Assembly: GCA_016935125.1 (NCBI GenBank)
Contig: JAFGRM010000035.1
Span: forward strand, 1 to 61,177
Source: Candidatus Woesearchaeota archaeon
GTDB taxonomy: Archaea > Nanobdellota > Nanobdellia > Woesearchaeales > DSVV01
Reading direction: 5' to 3'
DNA: 61,177 nucleotides
Positions 45,215 through 55,279 of this stretch are shown here, one piece after another. The position numbers and the translations under genes are program-made. Below the pieces are notes generated by a model. It saw only the letters and a program-made list of their open reading frames with translations, did not search any database and had not been told where the DNA came from. Numbering within the stretch: the first letter of the stretch is position 1; each line of letters begins with the position of its first letter.

Positions 45215-45937
45215 CTATCTCTCAAAAAAGATATAAAACAAAAGCCAGCACACTCCGCCTATAAGAAGCGCGAAGATCCATGAGTAAAAATGAAGTGATG
45301 ACATTATTACATAAGCGAGCAATGACGTGAATACAAATACATAAACAAGCCTTGATATGAAAAAAAGGTGTATGCCGTCCATGTTTGGTAGGGGCAGAAG
45401 GCTGAATATCAGCACCCAGAAGTTTACACTTGCAACATAGGTAAAAAATTCAGGGAATATTCCCATCTGGACGCCTATTGCAAGGCAAATCGTTGCAACC
45501 ACCAGGTTTGCTATTGCTCCGGATGCTGCAACAAGGCCCTGGGTCCACAAATTGAACCCGTAACGCCATTTTCCTATCCTAAGGATGGGAACATGGACAA
45601 GGCTCATGCCTCCGAACAAAAGTACAAACCAACTGCCGTTGCTGACAATGCTAAAAATCACAGTCAGTGCAAGGCCCAAAGGCCATGCCTTATACTCTGC
45701 TAAAAAACCCTGGTGAAGGGCTAACAGCTTCTGCACTGCAGTATGCACAAACAGTGTCACTGTTACAATCAGCACTGTATATATATAATGGCTAAGCCAC
45801 AGTAAAAGGTTAAAGGTCTCTCTCTTATCATCATATGCAAAAGCTAAGCTTATTATTATTACAGAAAGTATCATATCTCTTCTTTCTGCCGGAGTATACC
45901 GGAAGAAATCCCTAATCCTAAACCACCACTCTCCCAT
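45215..45937 (-). CDS. M50 (site-2 protease) family homologue lacking the HExxH zinc motif
   Basis: Multi-TM protein that aligns with COG1994-type M50 proteins: ...FVHTAVQKLLALHQG (HExxH position), AASGAIANL and FSLLPLPNMDGIHLF (NxxPxxxLDG motif retained). Confidence 0.6.
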   Translation of the reverse strand: MGEWWFRIRDFFRYTPAERRDMILSVIIISLAFAYDDKRETFNLLLWLSHYIYTVLIVTVTLFVHTAVQKLLALHQGFLAEYKAWPLGLALTVIFSIVSNGSWFVLLFGGMSLVHVPILRIGKWRYGFNLWTQGLVAASGAIANLVVATICLAIGVQMGIFPEFFTYVASVNFWVLIFSLLPLPNMDGIHLFFISRLVYVFVFTSLLAYVIMSSLHFYSWIFALLIGGVCWLLFYIFFER

Positions 45938-45962
45938 ATTCCCTGTCTCCTACTCTGTCTCT

Positions 45963-46014
45963 ATACACTATCTCAATACACTATCTCATTACACTATCTC
46001 TATACTTTATCTTT
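45963..46014. repeat. 13-nt tandem repeat, four units (ATACACTATCTCA, ATACACTATCTCA, TTACACTATCTCT, ATACTTTATCTTT)
   Basis: Read directly. It lies just upstream of the M50-like gene start. Confidence 0.6.
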
Positions 46015-46040
46015 ATATCTTGTTCACTTGTCGCCCTTTC

Positions 46041-46259
46041 TTAGGTTTGCCTTTTCCTATGACGCCCTTTTGTTGGTTGCTTTTTTCCTGCGGGCTTTTT
46101 TCTGTTTTTTTTGCGTCCTTTCTGAATCACCTTTTCAAGCTCTTCTATTTCCCCTTTGAACTCTCTCTCATGTTCCTTGAGCTCATCTTCAGACAACAGA
46201 TGCCTTTTCTCCTCTTTTTTAGCCCTTCTTAGAGCAAACCATCTTCTCAAGAATCCCAT
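46041..46259 (-). CDS. Hypothetical highly basic/charged 72-aa protein
   Basis: ORF only. Lys/Arg/Glu-rich and coiled-coil-like. It may not be a real gene. Confidence 0.3.
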   Translation of the reverse strand: MGFLRRWFALRRAKKEEKRHLLSEDELKEHEREFKGEIEELEKVIQKGRKKNRKKPAGKKQPTKGRHRKRQT

Positions 46260-46406
46260 TTAAAAGAATCTAACATATAACATTTTTAAATTTTACCATA
46301 ATTAGAAAGGTTTATAAATAGAAAAATTGGCTCAAAAATAAGCATGATAAATCTTTCTAACGCTGTAATGGGGGAAATATAGAGTTATTGACCTTATTTT
46401 TAGCTT

Positions 46407-46420
46407 AAAAGGATTTATAG
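46407..46420 (+). promoter_or_regulatory. BRE/TATA-like element (AAAAGGATTTATAG) about 20-25 nt upstream of tRNA-Asp
   Basis: Motif and spacing. Confidence 0.4.
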
Positions 46421-46437
46421 TGCTACTGAGCTAAAAT

Positions 46438-46557
46438 GCCCTGGTAGTGTAGCTCGGCCTATCATGAAGCCCTGTCGAGGCTTCGACCCGGGTTCAAAAA
46501 CCCTTATCCAGCCTTTTTTGACTAAAAGACTGGGGTTTGAAAGTCCCGGCCAGGGCG
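46438..46557 (+). tRNA. tRNA-Asp (anticodon GUC) with a ~45-nt intron inside the T-loop
   Basis: Hand-folded. Acceptor GCCCTGG/CCAGGGC plus G. Anticodon stem AAGCC/GGCTT with loop CTGTCGA. T-stem CCGGG...CCCGG encloses 52 nt (TTCAAA[45 nt]T). Confidence 0.8.
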
Positions 46558-46611
46558 TTTCCTTTTTTAAAAAAGGGAATTACAAGGAAAATAAAAAAGG
46601 AAACAAAATTC

Positions 46612-46703
46612 GGGCCCGTAGCTTAGCTGGCAGAGCACCGGACTTTTATGAGCTTGCTCTCAAAGCAATCCGGGGGTCGCGAGTTCGAATCTCGTCGGGC
46701 CCA
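46612..46703 (+). tRNA. tRNA-Lys (anticodon UUU) with a 19-nt canonical intron
   Basis: Hand-folded. Acceptor GGGCCCG/CGGGCCC plus A. Anticodon stem CCGGA/TCCGG with CTTTTA[19 nt]A. T-arm GCGAG-TTCGAAT-CTCGT. Confidence 0.85.
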
Positions 46704-46748
46704 TAACAGATAACAAAAAAGGAGCAGATATCAGCCAACAACTAAAGT

Positions 46749-47021
46749 ATGGAGACAAATAAGATGGCCAGAACAAAAAAACAAAGGAAATATGATGTTT
46801 CAGCACATCAACTAGTTCCAAAACATTCTAAACTAAACCAGAAGGACACAAAAGCATTATTTGAAAGGTATAACATCACCCTCAAGGATCTGCCAAAGAT
46901 TCTTGCCAATGACCCTGCACTCATAGGCCTCGACGTAAAAGAGGGGGATGTCATCGCTATCGGCAGGGACAGTCCAACAGGCGGAAAGATAACATATTAC
47001 AGGGGTGTCATAAATGGATGA
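46749..47021 (+). CDS. rpoH: DNA-directed RNA polymerase subunit H (Rpo5)
   Basis: HQLVPKH...LPKI...DP......GDVI.I.R.S.T.G....YR pattern. The start may be the Met at 46764. Confidence 0.9.
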   Translation: METNKMARTKKQRKYDVSAHQLVPKHSKLNQKDTKALFERYNITLKDLPKILANDPALIGLDVKEGDVIAIGRDSPTGGKITYYRGVING

Positions 47022-48501
47022 ATCATCTAAGCTGCTTATCCAGAGATATTTCAACGAGTTCTCACTTGTCGACTCAGACATAGAATCGTTCAACAATTTC
47101 CTTGAACAGGAGCTTCAGAACATAATTGAAGAGAACAGGATTATCGAGCCAACGATAATACCTCATAACATAGACGAGTTCAAGATAAGATTTGACAAGA
47201 TCTGGGTCACAAAACCAGAGATTACAGAAGCTGACGGATCAAAAAGGCCGATATACCCCATAGAGGCAAGGCTTCGTAAGATCAGCTATTCGGCGCCGTG
47301 CTATATAGAGGTAAGCGCACATATCAACGGGATGCAAAGGGAATCTTTTGTGACACAGATAGGATCCCTTCCTATCATGCTCAAATCAAAGTTCTGCCAC
47401 CTAAACGGCCTTAGCAGGGAAGAGCTTATCGAAAAGGGTGAGGATCCTGACGACCCTGGTGGATATTTCATAGTAAACGGCACAGAAAGGGTCCTGATAA
47501 AGATAGAAGACCTTGCTGCAAACAAGTTCCTGATCCAGAAAAACAAGACAGGCCCAAGTGAATATGAAGGGAAGCTGTTCTCAGAATACGGCTCATTCAA
47601 GATACCTCACCTTATAGAAAAGCTCAAGGATGGCATATTCTACATCTCGTTCACAAGGGTCAAGAGGATACCAGTCATAGTAATCATAAAGGCGCTAGGG
47701 TTCATGAAAGATGAGGAGATAATGAGATCCATAAGCGGAGACGAGCAGAACGATGAGGTATACATCAACCTGCTTGATTTCGTAAACATCAAGACAGAAG
47801 AAGAGGCGCTTGACTATATAGCAAAAAAGATAGGGATCACACAGGCGAAGGACATCAGGATCGAGCGTATGAAAGAGCTGCTGGACAAGTACCTCCTCCC
47901 GCACCTAGGTATTGACAAGGGAGACAGGATATTCAAGGCTCACAACATCTGCAAGCTGATAAAAAGGTTCATCGCCGTATCAAACGGGAAGATACCTCTT
48001 GACGACAAGGACCATTACATGAACAAGAGGGTAAAGATGAGCGGAGACCTGCTGGCAGACCTTTTTAGGGTAAACCTGAAGGTTCTCGTAGGCGACATGC
48101 TCTACAACTTCCAAAGGATAGTCAAGAGAGGGAAATTTCCATCAATAAAGGTTGTGATAAGGGACAAACTGTTGACGATGAGGATATATAGCTCGATGGC
48201 GACCGGCAACTGGGTAGGCGGCAGGAAAGGCATCAGCCAGAGAATACAGAGGCTGAACTTCCTCGATACGATGAGCCACCTCCAGAGAGTCATCTCGCCT
48301 TTATCATCAACACAAGAGAATTTCGAGGCAAGAGAGCTCCATCCAACACATCTGGGAAGGCTCTGTCCTATAGAGACACCAGAAGGGACAAACATAGGAC
48401 TCAGGAAAAACATGGCCCTCATGGCACAGATATCACATGAGGCAGACGAGGAAGAGGTAATAAAGACACTCAAGAACCTCGGGCTAAAGACAATCAGGTG
48501 A
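47014..48501 (+). CDS. rpoB2: DNA-directed RNA polymerase subunit B'' (N-terminal half of split Rpo2)
   Basis: Conserved Rpo2 N-terminal blocks (GGYFIVNGTERVLI ... HPTHLGRLCPIETPEG.NIGL). Confidence 0.95.
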   Translation: MDESSKLLIQRYFNEFSLVDSDIESFNNFLEQELQNIIEENRIIEPTIIPHNIDEFKIRFDKIWVTKPEITEADGSKRPIYPIEARLRKISYSAPCYIEVSAHINGMQRESFVTQIGSLPIMLKSKFCHLNGLSREELIEKGEDPDDPGGYFIVNGTERVLIKIEDLAANKFLIQKNKTGPSEYEGKLFSEYGSFKIPHLIEKLKDGIFYISFTRVKRIPVIVIIKALGFMKDEEIMRSISGDEQNDEVYINLLDFVNIKTEEEALDYIAKKIGITQAKDIRIERMKELLDKYLLPHLGIDKGDRIFKAHNICKLIKRFIAVSNGKIPLDDKDHYMNKRVKMSGDLLADLFRVNLKVLVGDMLYNFQRIVKRGKFPSIKVVIRDKLLTMRIYSSMATGNWVGGRKGISQRIQRLNFLDTMSHLQRVISPLSSTQENFEARELHPTHLGRLCPIETPEGTNIGLRKNMALMAQISHEADEEEVIKTLKNLGLKTIR

Positions 48502-48507
48502 GCAAGC

Positions 48508-50310
48508 ATGACTGAGGTATACCTAAACAGTAAGTTCATAGGGACTGTTGAAGACTCAACAGCATTTGTAGAGAGCATGCTAAGCGAAAGGAGAAAAAGC
48601 AAATTCTCAAATTCACTTAACATATTCAGTGACAAGGAAAACGACATGCTTTTCATAGAGGCATCAAAGGGAAGGCTGAGAAGGCCGGTTCTTGTAGTAA
48701 AAGAAGGAAAGTCCCTCCTAACCGAGAAACACAAAGCCCAGATAACAAAGAAAGAGATATCATGGGGCGACCTCATTGACCAGGGCATAATCGAATACCT
48801 TGACGCTGCAGAAGAGGAGAATGCCTATATCGCTTTCAGAGAAGGGGATATCACTCCTGAAACTACACATCTTGAGATATCTCCCATGATAATATTCGGA
48901 CTCTGCACTTCGCTTGTCCCATTCTCAAACCACACGCCTCCTACAAGGGTAAATATGGGATCAAAGAACCAGAAGCAGGCACTCGGTTTCTATGCAGCAA
49001 ACTTCCTTCTCAGGATGGATATGGACGTAAGCATACTTGAGACACCTCAAGCACCTATTGTCGAATCTATCATGCATAAGATATCCAACTATGATAAGCA
49101 TCCCTCTGGGCAGAACCTTGTCGTGGCTATCATGAGCTACAAAGGCTATAACATGGAAGATGCAATCATCATAAACAGGGGCTCTGTCGAAAGAGGCATA
49201 GGCAGGTCAACATACTTCAGGCCGGCAGTAGCAGAAGAGCTGCGTTACTCAGGCGGCCTCATAGATGAGATCTGCGTGCCTGACAAGGACGTCAAGGGCT
49301 ACAGGTCTGAAAAGGACTACAGACTCCTTGAAGAGGATGGGATTATATATCCAGAAGCAAAGATAAAAGAAGATGATGTAATAATCGGGAAGACAAGCCC
49401 GCCAAGGTTCCTAAGCAGCCTTGACGAATACAGCCTGGCATCAAACCTAAGGAGAGAGTCCTCAAGCACAATCAAGCATGGTGAGAAAGGCGTTGTCGAT
49501 TTCGTCCTGATAACAGAGAATGAAGAGGGCAACAAGCTTATCCAGGTAAGGCTCAGGGACCAAAGGATTCCTGAGATAGGGGACAAGTTTACCTCAAGGC
49601 ACGGCCAGAAGGGCGTCGTCGGGCTTATCGTCGACCACGCAGACATGCCATTCTCAGCATCAGGCATAACGCCGGACCTCATATTCTCACCCCATGGTAT
49701 CCCTTCAAGGATGACTATCTCACACCTGATAGAGCTTATAGGGGCAAAAGTCGGAGCACTAAGCGGCAGGTTCATAGACGGCACAACCTTCGATTCAGAG
49801 CCGGAAAAGGCCTTAAGGGATGAGCTTCTCAGGATGGGCTTCAGGGAGAACGGGACAGAAACCCTATATAACGGCGAAACGGGTGAGATGTTCGAGACAA
49901 GAATCTACATTGGGAACATGTATTACCTCAAGCTCAGGCACATGGTTGCGAACAAGATCCATTCACGTGGACGCGGTCCAATACAACTCCTGACAAGACA
50001 GCCAACAGAAGGCAGGGCCCTTGAAGGGGGTCTCAGACTGGGAGAGATGGAGAAAGACACATTTGTCGCACATGGTGCAAGCATGCTCCTCAAGGAAAGG
50101 TTTGACTCAGACAGGACAGTTGTCCCAATATGTGAAACATGCGGTTTGCTTGCAGTCTATGACGAGTTCAAGAAGAGATCATTCTGTCCAATGTGCGGGG
50201 AAAACACAGAAGTCAGCAACATCGAGATCGCTTACGCATTCAAGCTGCTGCTTGATGAGATCAAGAGCTTTGGGATATATCCTCAGCTCAAGCTGAAGAA
50301 CAAGTACTGA
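48508..50310 (+). CDS. rpoB1: DNA-directed RNA polymerase subunit B' (C-terminal half of split Rpo2)
   Basis: GDKF.SRHGQKGV, LGEMEKD and the C-terminal Zn ribbon CETCG...CPMCG. Confidence 0.95.
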   Translation: MTEVYLNSKFIGTVEDSTAFVESMLSERRKSKFSNSLNIFSDKENDMLFIEASKGRLRRPVLVVKEGKSLLTEKHKAQITKKEISWGDLIDQGIIEYLDAAEEENAYIAFREGDITPETTHLEISPMIIFGLCTSLVPFSNHTPPTRVNMGSKNQKQALGFYAANFLLRMDMDVSILETPQAPIVESIMHKISNYDKHPSGQNLVVAIMSYKGYNMEDAIIINRGSVERGIGRSTYFRPAVAEELRYSGGLIDEICVPDKDVKGYRSEKDYRLLEEDGIIYPEAKIKEDDVIIGKTSPPRFLSSLDEYSLASNLRRESSSTIKHGEKGVVDFVLITENEEGNKLIQVRLRDQRIPEIGDKFTSRHGQKGVVGLIVDHADMPFSASGITPDLIFSPHGIPSRMTISHLIELIGAKVGALSGRFIDGTTFDSEPEKALRDELLRMGFRENGTETLYNGETGEMFETRIYIGNMYYLKLRHMVANKIHSRGRGPIQLLTRQPTEGRALEGGLRLGEMEKDTFVAHGASMLLKERFDSDRTVVPICETCGLLAVYDEFKKRSFCPMCGENTEVSNIEIAYAFKLLLDEIKSFGIYPQLKLKNKY

Positions 50311-50335
50311 AAGAATAAGGAAAAGGTGCAACAAT

Positions 50336-52906
50336 ATGGAAGAAATGTTTGTGTTCAGGCAGGTTGACAGCATAGTGTTCGGAATGTTGTCCCCAAAGAT
50401 GATAAAGAAGATGGCATCTGCAAAGATAGTAACGCCTGAGCTTTATGACAAGGAAGGTTATCCTGTAGACGGTGGTCTCATGGATATCCGCCTGGGAGTC
50501 ATAGATCCAGGGCTTACATGCAAAACCTGTGGATCAAAGCTCAAGGAATGTGTCGGCCACTTTGGTTATATTGAGCTTGCGAGACCAATTGTACACTTTA
50601 AGTATGTAGGAGTCATCCTTTCATTGCTAAGAAGCACCTGCAGGGAATGCGGAAGGGTTCTTATCCCTAAGAACAAGATAGAAAGCTACAGGCAGGCACT
50701 CGAAAGGATTGAGCAGGAAGAAGGGCTTCTTGAAAGGAGGAAAAAAATAGCAGAGATTATAACAGGTCTCAAGACTGCAAATAAGTGCCCGCACTGCAGA
50801 TCAAGGCAGCAGAAGATATCTATTGAAAAGCCTACATCTTTCCTAGAGAACGAGAAGAGGATATCCCCTATTGAAATAAGAAGCCGGCTGGAAAAAATAC
50901 CTGATGAGGACTGTGAGATTTTCGGCATAAACTCAAAATTCACAAGACCGGAATGGATGATTCTTACTGTCATGCCTATCCCTCCAGTCACTATGAGACC
51001 TTCGATCACTCTTGAGAGCGGCGAACGAAGCGAAGACGACCTTACCCATAAGCTGGGTGACATAGTCAGGATCAACCAAAGGCTGTTTGAAAACATAAAT
51101 GCAGGAGCGCCTGAGATAATAATCGAAGACCTATGGGACCTTCTCCAGTACCATATAACCACATTTTTCGACAATGAGGTTGCACAGCTTCCTGTTGCAA
51201 GACATCGTTCTGGCCAGCCATTAAAGACGCTTACAGCAAGGATCAAGAGCAAAGAGGGAAGGATCAGGCACAATCTTGCAGGCAAGAGGACCAACTTTTC
51301 AGCGAGGACAGTCATAAGTCCTGACCCTATGCTTGACCTGGATGAGGTTGCGGTCCCGTTCGAGATTGCAATGAAGCTTACAGTGCCTGAACGGATAACA
51401 AAATGGAATGCAGAATACCTTAAGAGTTTTGTCGAGAAAGGCCCTAACAAATACCCTGGCTCAAACTATATAGTAAGGCCGGATGGCAAGAAGAAGAAGA
51501 TAACCGACGAGACAAAAGAACAGCTCCTAGAAGAGCTCCAGCCAGGCTATGTCGTAGAGAGGCATCTACTTGACGGAGACATAGCCCTCTTCAACAGGCA
51601 GCCGTCGCTCCATAGGATGTCGATGATGTGCCACAAGGTAAGGGTCCTTCCACACAAGACATTCAGGATGAACCCTGCTGTATGTGCGCCATATAACGCG
51701 GACTTTGACGGGGACGAGATGAACCTGCATATTCCGCAGACAGAAGAGGCGCGTGCTGAAGCAGAGATCCTGATGGAGGTTCAGACCCAGCTTATCAGCC
51801 CAAGATACGGCCTCAGCATAATCGGATGCGTCCAGGATTCAATAGCCGGCAACTTTGTGCTTACAAAAGGAAAAGGTGTCCGGATGCCGTATAATGAAGC
51901 GGTTGACCTCCTGCTGTCAGTCAGGATAAATGACTTTTCTAAGCTTCCTAAGAAGAGCATAGTCACAGGACATGATATATTCAGCTGCCTGCTTCCTAAC
52001 GATTTCGACTTTAAGGGAAAATCAAAAAACGACGAGCAGGTAATCATAAAAAACGGCATACTTATAGAAGGAACAATGGACAAGGCGACACTCGGCGGCG
52101 GTTCAGGGCTCATGCTCAGGAACCTTCACAAGAAATACGGCCCGAAAATAACAATAGATATACTTGGCAAGATGTTCAGGCTCGGCATCCAGGTTCTGCT
52201 GAAATACGGATTCACTACAGCAATATCTGACGTGGAGTTGCCTGATGTTGCAAACCAGAAGATAAAAGAAAGCCTTGATTCTGCAAGGAAAGAGGTCTAT
52301 GAGCTGATCTCATTGTTCGAGAAAGGCAAGTTGGACGCGTTCCCTGGAAGAAGCATAGAAGAGACCCTTGAACTCAAGATCCTTGAAAGGCTGAACACTG
52401 CCAGAAACGAGACAGGGCTCATCGTTGCAAACAACGTAGACAGGACAAAACCTACCATAATCATGACAGATTCTGGATCAAAAGGCGGACCTCTCAATCT
52501 GGCACAGATGAGCGCATGCGTAGGACAACAGGCAATGAGAGGTGCAAGAATAAGTAAGGGTTACAACAACAGGACGCTCTCATGCTTTTCACAAGGAGAC
52601 CTAGGGCCTTCCGCCCATGGGTTCATAAGGCATGGATTCAAAGAAGGCTTAACCCCAAGCGAGTTTTTCTTCGGTGCGATGACAGGAAGGGACTCACTCA
52701 TGGATACTGCCTTGAGGACGCCAAAATCAGGATACCTATACAGGCGCCTTGCAAACGCGCTACAGGACCTAAGGGTTGAATACGACGATACTGTAAGGGA
52801 TGCGACAGGAAGAATCATCCAGTTCAATTATGGTGAAGACAACATTGACGTCTCGAAAAGCGAAGGCGGCAATCTCAATGTGAAGAAGATCATCGAATCA
52901 ATATAG
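50336..52906 (+). CDS. rpoA1: DNA-directed RNA polymerase subunit A' (Rpo1N)
   Basis: Zn motifs CKTCG...C.GHFG, the catalytic NADFDGDEMN, and RQPSLHRMS. Confidence 0.95.
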   Translation: MEEMFVFRQVDSIVFGMLSPKMIKKMASAKIVTPELYDKEGYPVDGGLMDIRLGVIDPGLTCKTCGSKLKECVGHFGYIELARPIVHFKYVGVILSLLRSTCRECGRVLIPKNKIESYRQALERIEQEEGLLERRKKIAEIITGLKTANKCPHCRSRQQKISIEKPTSFLENEKRISPIEIRSRLEKIPDEDCEIFGINSKFTRPEWMILTVMPIPPVTMRPSITLESGERSEDDLTHKLGDIVRINQRLFENINAGAPEIIIEDLWDLLQYHITTFFDNEVAQLPVARHRSGQPLKTLTARIKSKEGRIRHNLAGKRTNFSARTVISPDPMLDLDEVAVPFEIAMKLTVPERITKWNAEYLKSFVEKGPNKYPGSNYIVRPDGKKKKITDETKEQLLEELQPGYVVERHLLDGDIALFNRQPSLHRMSMMCHKVRVLPHKTFRMNPAVCAPYNADFDGDEMNLHIPQTEEARAEAEILMEVQTQLISPRYGLSIIGCVQDSIAGNFVLTKGKGVRMPYNEAVDLLLSVRINDFSKLPKKSIVTGHDIFSCLLPNDFDFKGKSKNDEQVIIKNGILIEGTMDKATLGGGSGLMLRNLHKKYGPKITIDILGKMFRLGIQVLLKYGFTTAISDVELPDVANQKIKESLDSARKEVYELISLFEKGKLDAFPGRSIEETLELKILERLNTARNETGLIVANNVDRTKPTIIMTDSGSKGGPLNLAQMSACVGQQAMRGARISKGYNNRTLSCFSQGDLGPSAHGFIRHGFKEGLTPSEFFFGAMTGRDSLMDTALRTPKSGYLYRRLANALQDLRVEYDDTVRDATGRIIQFNYGEDNIDVSKSEGGNLNVKKIIESI

Positions 52907-52919
52907 AGTGTGATAAAAA

Positions 52920-54050
52920 ATGGCAGTTGAAGAATACAAAGACAAGCTCCCCCTGAAGATTCAGGAAGAACTAAACGAGATCATCCCTAAAAATACAGCA
53001 AAAAGCAAGCTCAACATGATCAACGAGCAGGTATACAAAGAGTATATGAAGATGAAAGTCGAGCCTGGTGAGGGTGTTGGCCTTGTAGCTGCTGAATCGA
53101 TAGGCGAGCCGGGCACACAGATGACACTGAACACATTCCACTTTGCAGGTGTTGCAGAGATGAACGTCACAGTCGGCCTGCCAAGGATAATAGAGATACT
53201 CGACGGAAGCAAGGCAATAAGCACACCTATGATGGAGATCTACCTAAAGAGCCCTTACTCAAAGGGAAAAAACATCAAAGAGCTCGCAACAAACATCAAA
53301 GAGACCACGCTCAAGGAAGCGGCGAAGGAGATTTCAGTCAACATATCAAACTCAACAATCGAGATTACGCTAAATATGGAGAAGCTTAAGATACTGAACC
53401 TCAATGTCGCAAAGCTTGCAAAACAGCTGAACGAGAGCACAAAGGGTTTTCATGTAAAAGCTGCTGATGATTCCATCTCATTCAAGCCTAGAAGCAAGAA
53501 CACTGAGCTCAATGAGATATTCAAGCTCAAGGAAAAGCTGAAGGACGTGTACATCTCAGGGATAAAGAGAATAAAGCAGGTCCTACCAGTAAAGAGAGGC
53601 GACGAATTCGTGATAATCACAGCAGGTACAAACCTCCATGAGATATTGAGCTTGGACTTTGTCGACACTACAAGGACAACCTGCAATGACATCTATGAGA
53701 TTGTCGAGGTGCTGGGGATTGAGGCTGCAAGGCAGACAATAATAAACGAGGTCTCAAAAGTCATAGACGCACAGGGACTCAACGTCGACATCAGACACAT
53801 AATGCTGGTCTCTGACCTGATGTGTCACAACGGCAATATCAAGGGCATAACAAGATATGGAGTGATATCAGAAAAATCCAGCATACTTGCAAAAGCCTCT
53901 TTCGAGACGCCTATAAAGCACATTATAAACGCATCGCTTGTGGGTGAAGAAGACAAGCTGAACAGCGTAATAGAGAACGTGATGCTGAACCAGCCTGTCC
54001 CTATAGGCACAGGACTGCCAAGTCTTGTCTCAAGGAAGGTTCCAGAATAA
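52920..54050 (+). CDS. rpoA2: DNA-directed RNA polymerase subunit A'' (Rpo1C)
   Basis: [25 protein letters not shown] trigger-loop block. Confidence 0.95.
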   Translation: MAVEEYKDKLPLKIQEELNEIIPKNTAKSKLNMINEQVYKEYMKMKVEPGEGVGLVAAESIGEPGTQMTLNTFHFAGVAEMNVTVGLPRIIEILDGSKAISTPMMEIYLKSPYSKGKNIKELATNIKETTLKEAAKEISVNISNSTIEITLNMEKLKILNLNVAKLAKQLNESTKGFHVKAADDSISFKPRSKNTELNEIFKLKEKLKDVYISGIKRIKQVLPVKRGDEFVIITAGTNLHEILSLDFVDTTRTTCNDIYEIVEVLGIEAARQTIINEVSKVIDAQGLNVDIRHIMLVSDLMCHNGNIKGITRYGVISEKSSILAKASFETPIKHIINASLVGEEDKLNSVIENVMLNQPVPIGTGLPSLVSRKVPE

Positions 54051-54112
54051 GGGACAGCAGCGCAGATAGACGTTAGAGTTAGAAACGCAAAAAACAAAAA
54101 GGATGATTTAAT

Positions 54113-54397
54113 ATGGCAGAAACAACAAATGCACAGGATAAGATCAAGAACATAAAGCAGATACTAAAGACAGAAAAGATCCTGATAGGGGTTGAAACAG
54201 TCCTAAAAGCTCTCAAGGCAAAAGAGTTAGAGACAGTTTATCTCGCATCAAACTGCAAGGACAGCACTGCCGAAACAATCAGGCACTATTCAGAGCTGTC
54301 CAACGCAAAGGTTGTCCAGATGGATATCCCGAACGACGAGTTAGGGATAATCTGCAAGAAGATGTTCTCTATATCTGTCCTTGGGATCAAAAAATAA
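54113..54397 (+). CDS. rpl30e: Ribosomal protein eL30
   Basis: Size, its position after rpoA'', and L7Ae/L30e-fold sequence pattern. Confidence 0.85.
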   Translation: MAETTNAQDKIKNIKQILKTEKILIGVETVLKALKAKELETVYLASNCKDSTAETIRHYSELSNAKVVQMDIPNDELGIICKKMFSISVLGIKK

Positions 54398-54411
54398 ACA
54401 GGGGTTTTCCT

Positions 54412-54828
54412 TTGAAGATAAGATATGACATGCAGATAATGAAGATAATGGACTGTTTTTCAAGCATCAGTTCTGCAAAACTAAAGGATTGCTTCATAGA
54501 CGCAACAGATATGCTGCATTTTATAGTTGAGGAAAATGAGATGGGGAAGGCGATAGGCAAAAAGGGATCACATGCAAAGATGCTAGAAAAGATGCTAAAC
54601 AGAAAGATTAAAATAGTAGAGTTTAACCCCGATGTTTTAACATTTATAAAGAATGTCATCTTCCCCCTTAAAACAAAGGAGATAAATGACGAAGAAGGCA
54701 ATATAAGCATTGACGCGGCTGACATGAAGACCCGTGGCCTTTTGATAGGCAGGGGTGCACAGAACCTGCGCAACACAGAATCAATCGTAAAAAGGTATTT
54801 CAAGATTAACGAAATCAGGATAAACTAA
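54412..54828 (+). CDS. nusA: Archaeal NusA-like KH-domain termination factor
   Basis: Two KH motifs ([22 protein letters not shown]) and the conserved operon position. Start is the TTG at 54412 or the ATG at 54430. Confidence 0.85.
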   Translation: MKIRYDMQIMKIMDCFSSISSAKLKDCFIDATDMLHFIVEENEMGKAIGKKGSHAKMLEKMLNRKIKIVEFNPDVLTFIKNVIFPLKTKEINDEEGNISIDAADMKTRGLLIGRGAQNLRNTESIVKRYFKINEIRIN

Positions 54829-54836
54829 GGATAAAA

Positions 54837-55274
54837 ATGAGCAAAAAATCTTCAGGAATAAACGCTGGAAAGAAACTCCTAAAAAGAAGGAACAATTTCA
54901 AAAAAAACAGCAAGAAACTAGTAAAAAAGATGTTCAACCTAAAGACAAAATCAGATCCTCTGGCAGGATCTTCACAGGCAAAGGGCATAATCCTTGAGAA
55001 GATACAGCTCGAGGCAAAACAGCCAAATTCAGCCATGAGAAAATGTGTAAGGGTCCAGCTAGTCAAGAACGGAAAGCAGGTGACAGCGTTCCTTCCTGGT
55101 GACGGCGCGACAAAACAGGTTGACGAGCATGACGAGGTCGTTATCGAATGCATCGGCGGAAAGATGGGAAGGGCAAAAGGCGACATCCCTGGTGTCAGGT
55201 GGTGTGTCGTTAAGGTCAATGACCAGTCGCTTCCTGCATTATTAAAAGGCAAGCTTGAGAAGGCAAGGAAATAA
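54837..55274 (+). CDS. rps12: Ribosomal protein uS12
   Basis: KQPNSA.RKC.RVQL.KNGK..TAF.PGDG conserved block. Confidence 0.95.
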   Translation: MSKKSSGINAGKKLLKRRNNFKKNSKKLVKKMFNLKTKSDPLAGSSQAKGIILEKIQLEAKQPNSAMRKCVRVQLVKNGKQVTAFLPGDGATKQVDEHDEVVIECIGGKMGRAKGDIPGVRWCVVKVNDQSLPALLKGKLEKARK

Positions 55275-55279
55275 ATAAA

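Noticed and set aside
46464-46706. 80-aa plus-strand ORF
   Set aside because: It spans tRNA-Asp and tRNA-Lys, so it is an artefact.
47014-54050. Inteins or extra splits in the RNAP subunits and RFC
   Set aside because: The subunit lengths (495, 600, 856 and 376 aa for RNAP, 430 aa for RFC) and continuous conserved blocks leave no room for inteins. Only the usual B''/B' and A'/A'' splits are present.
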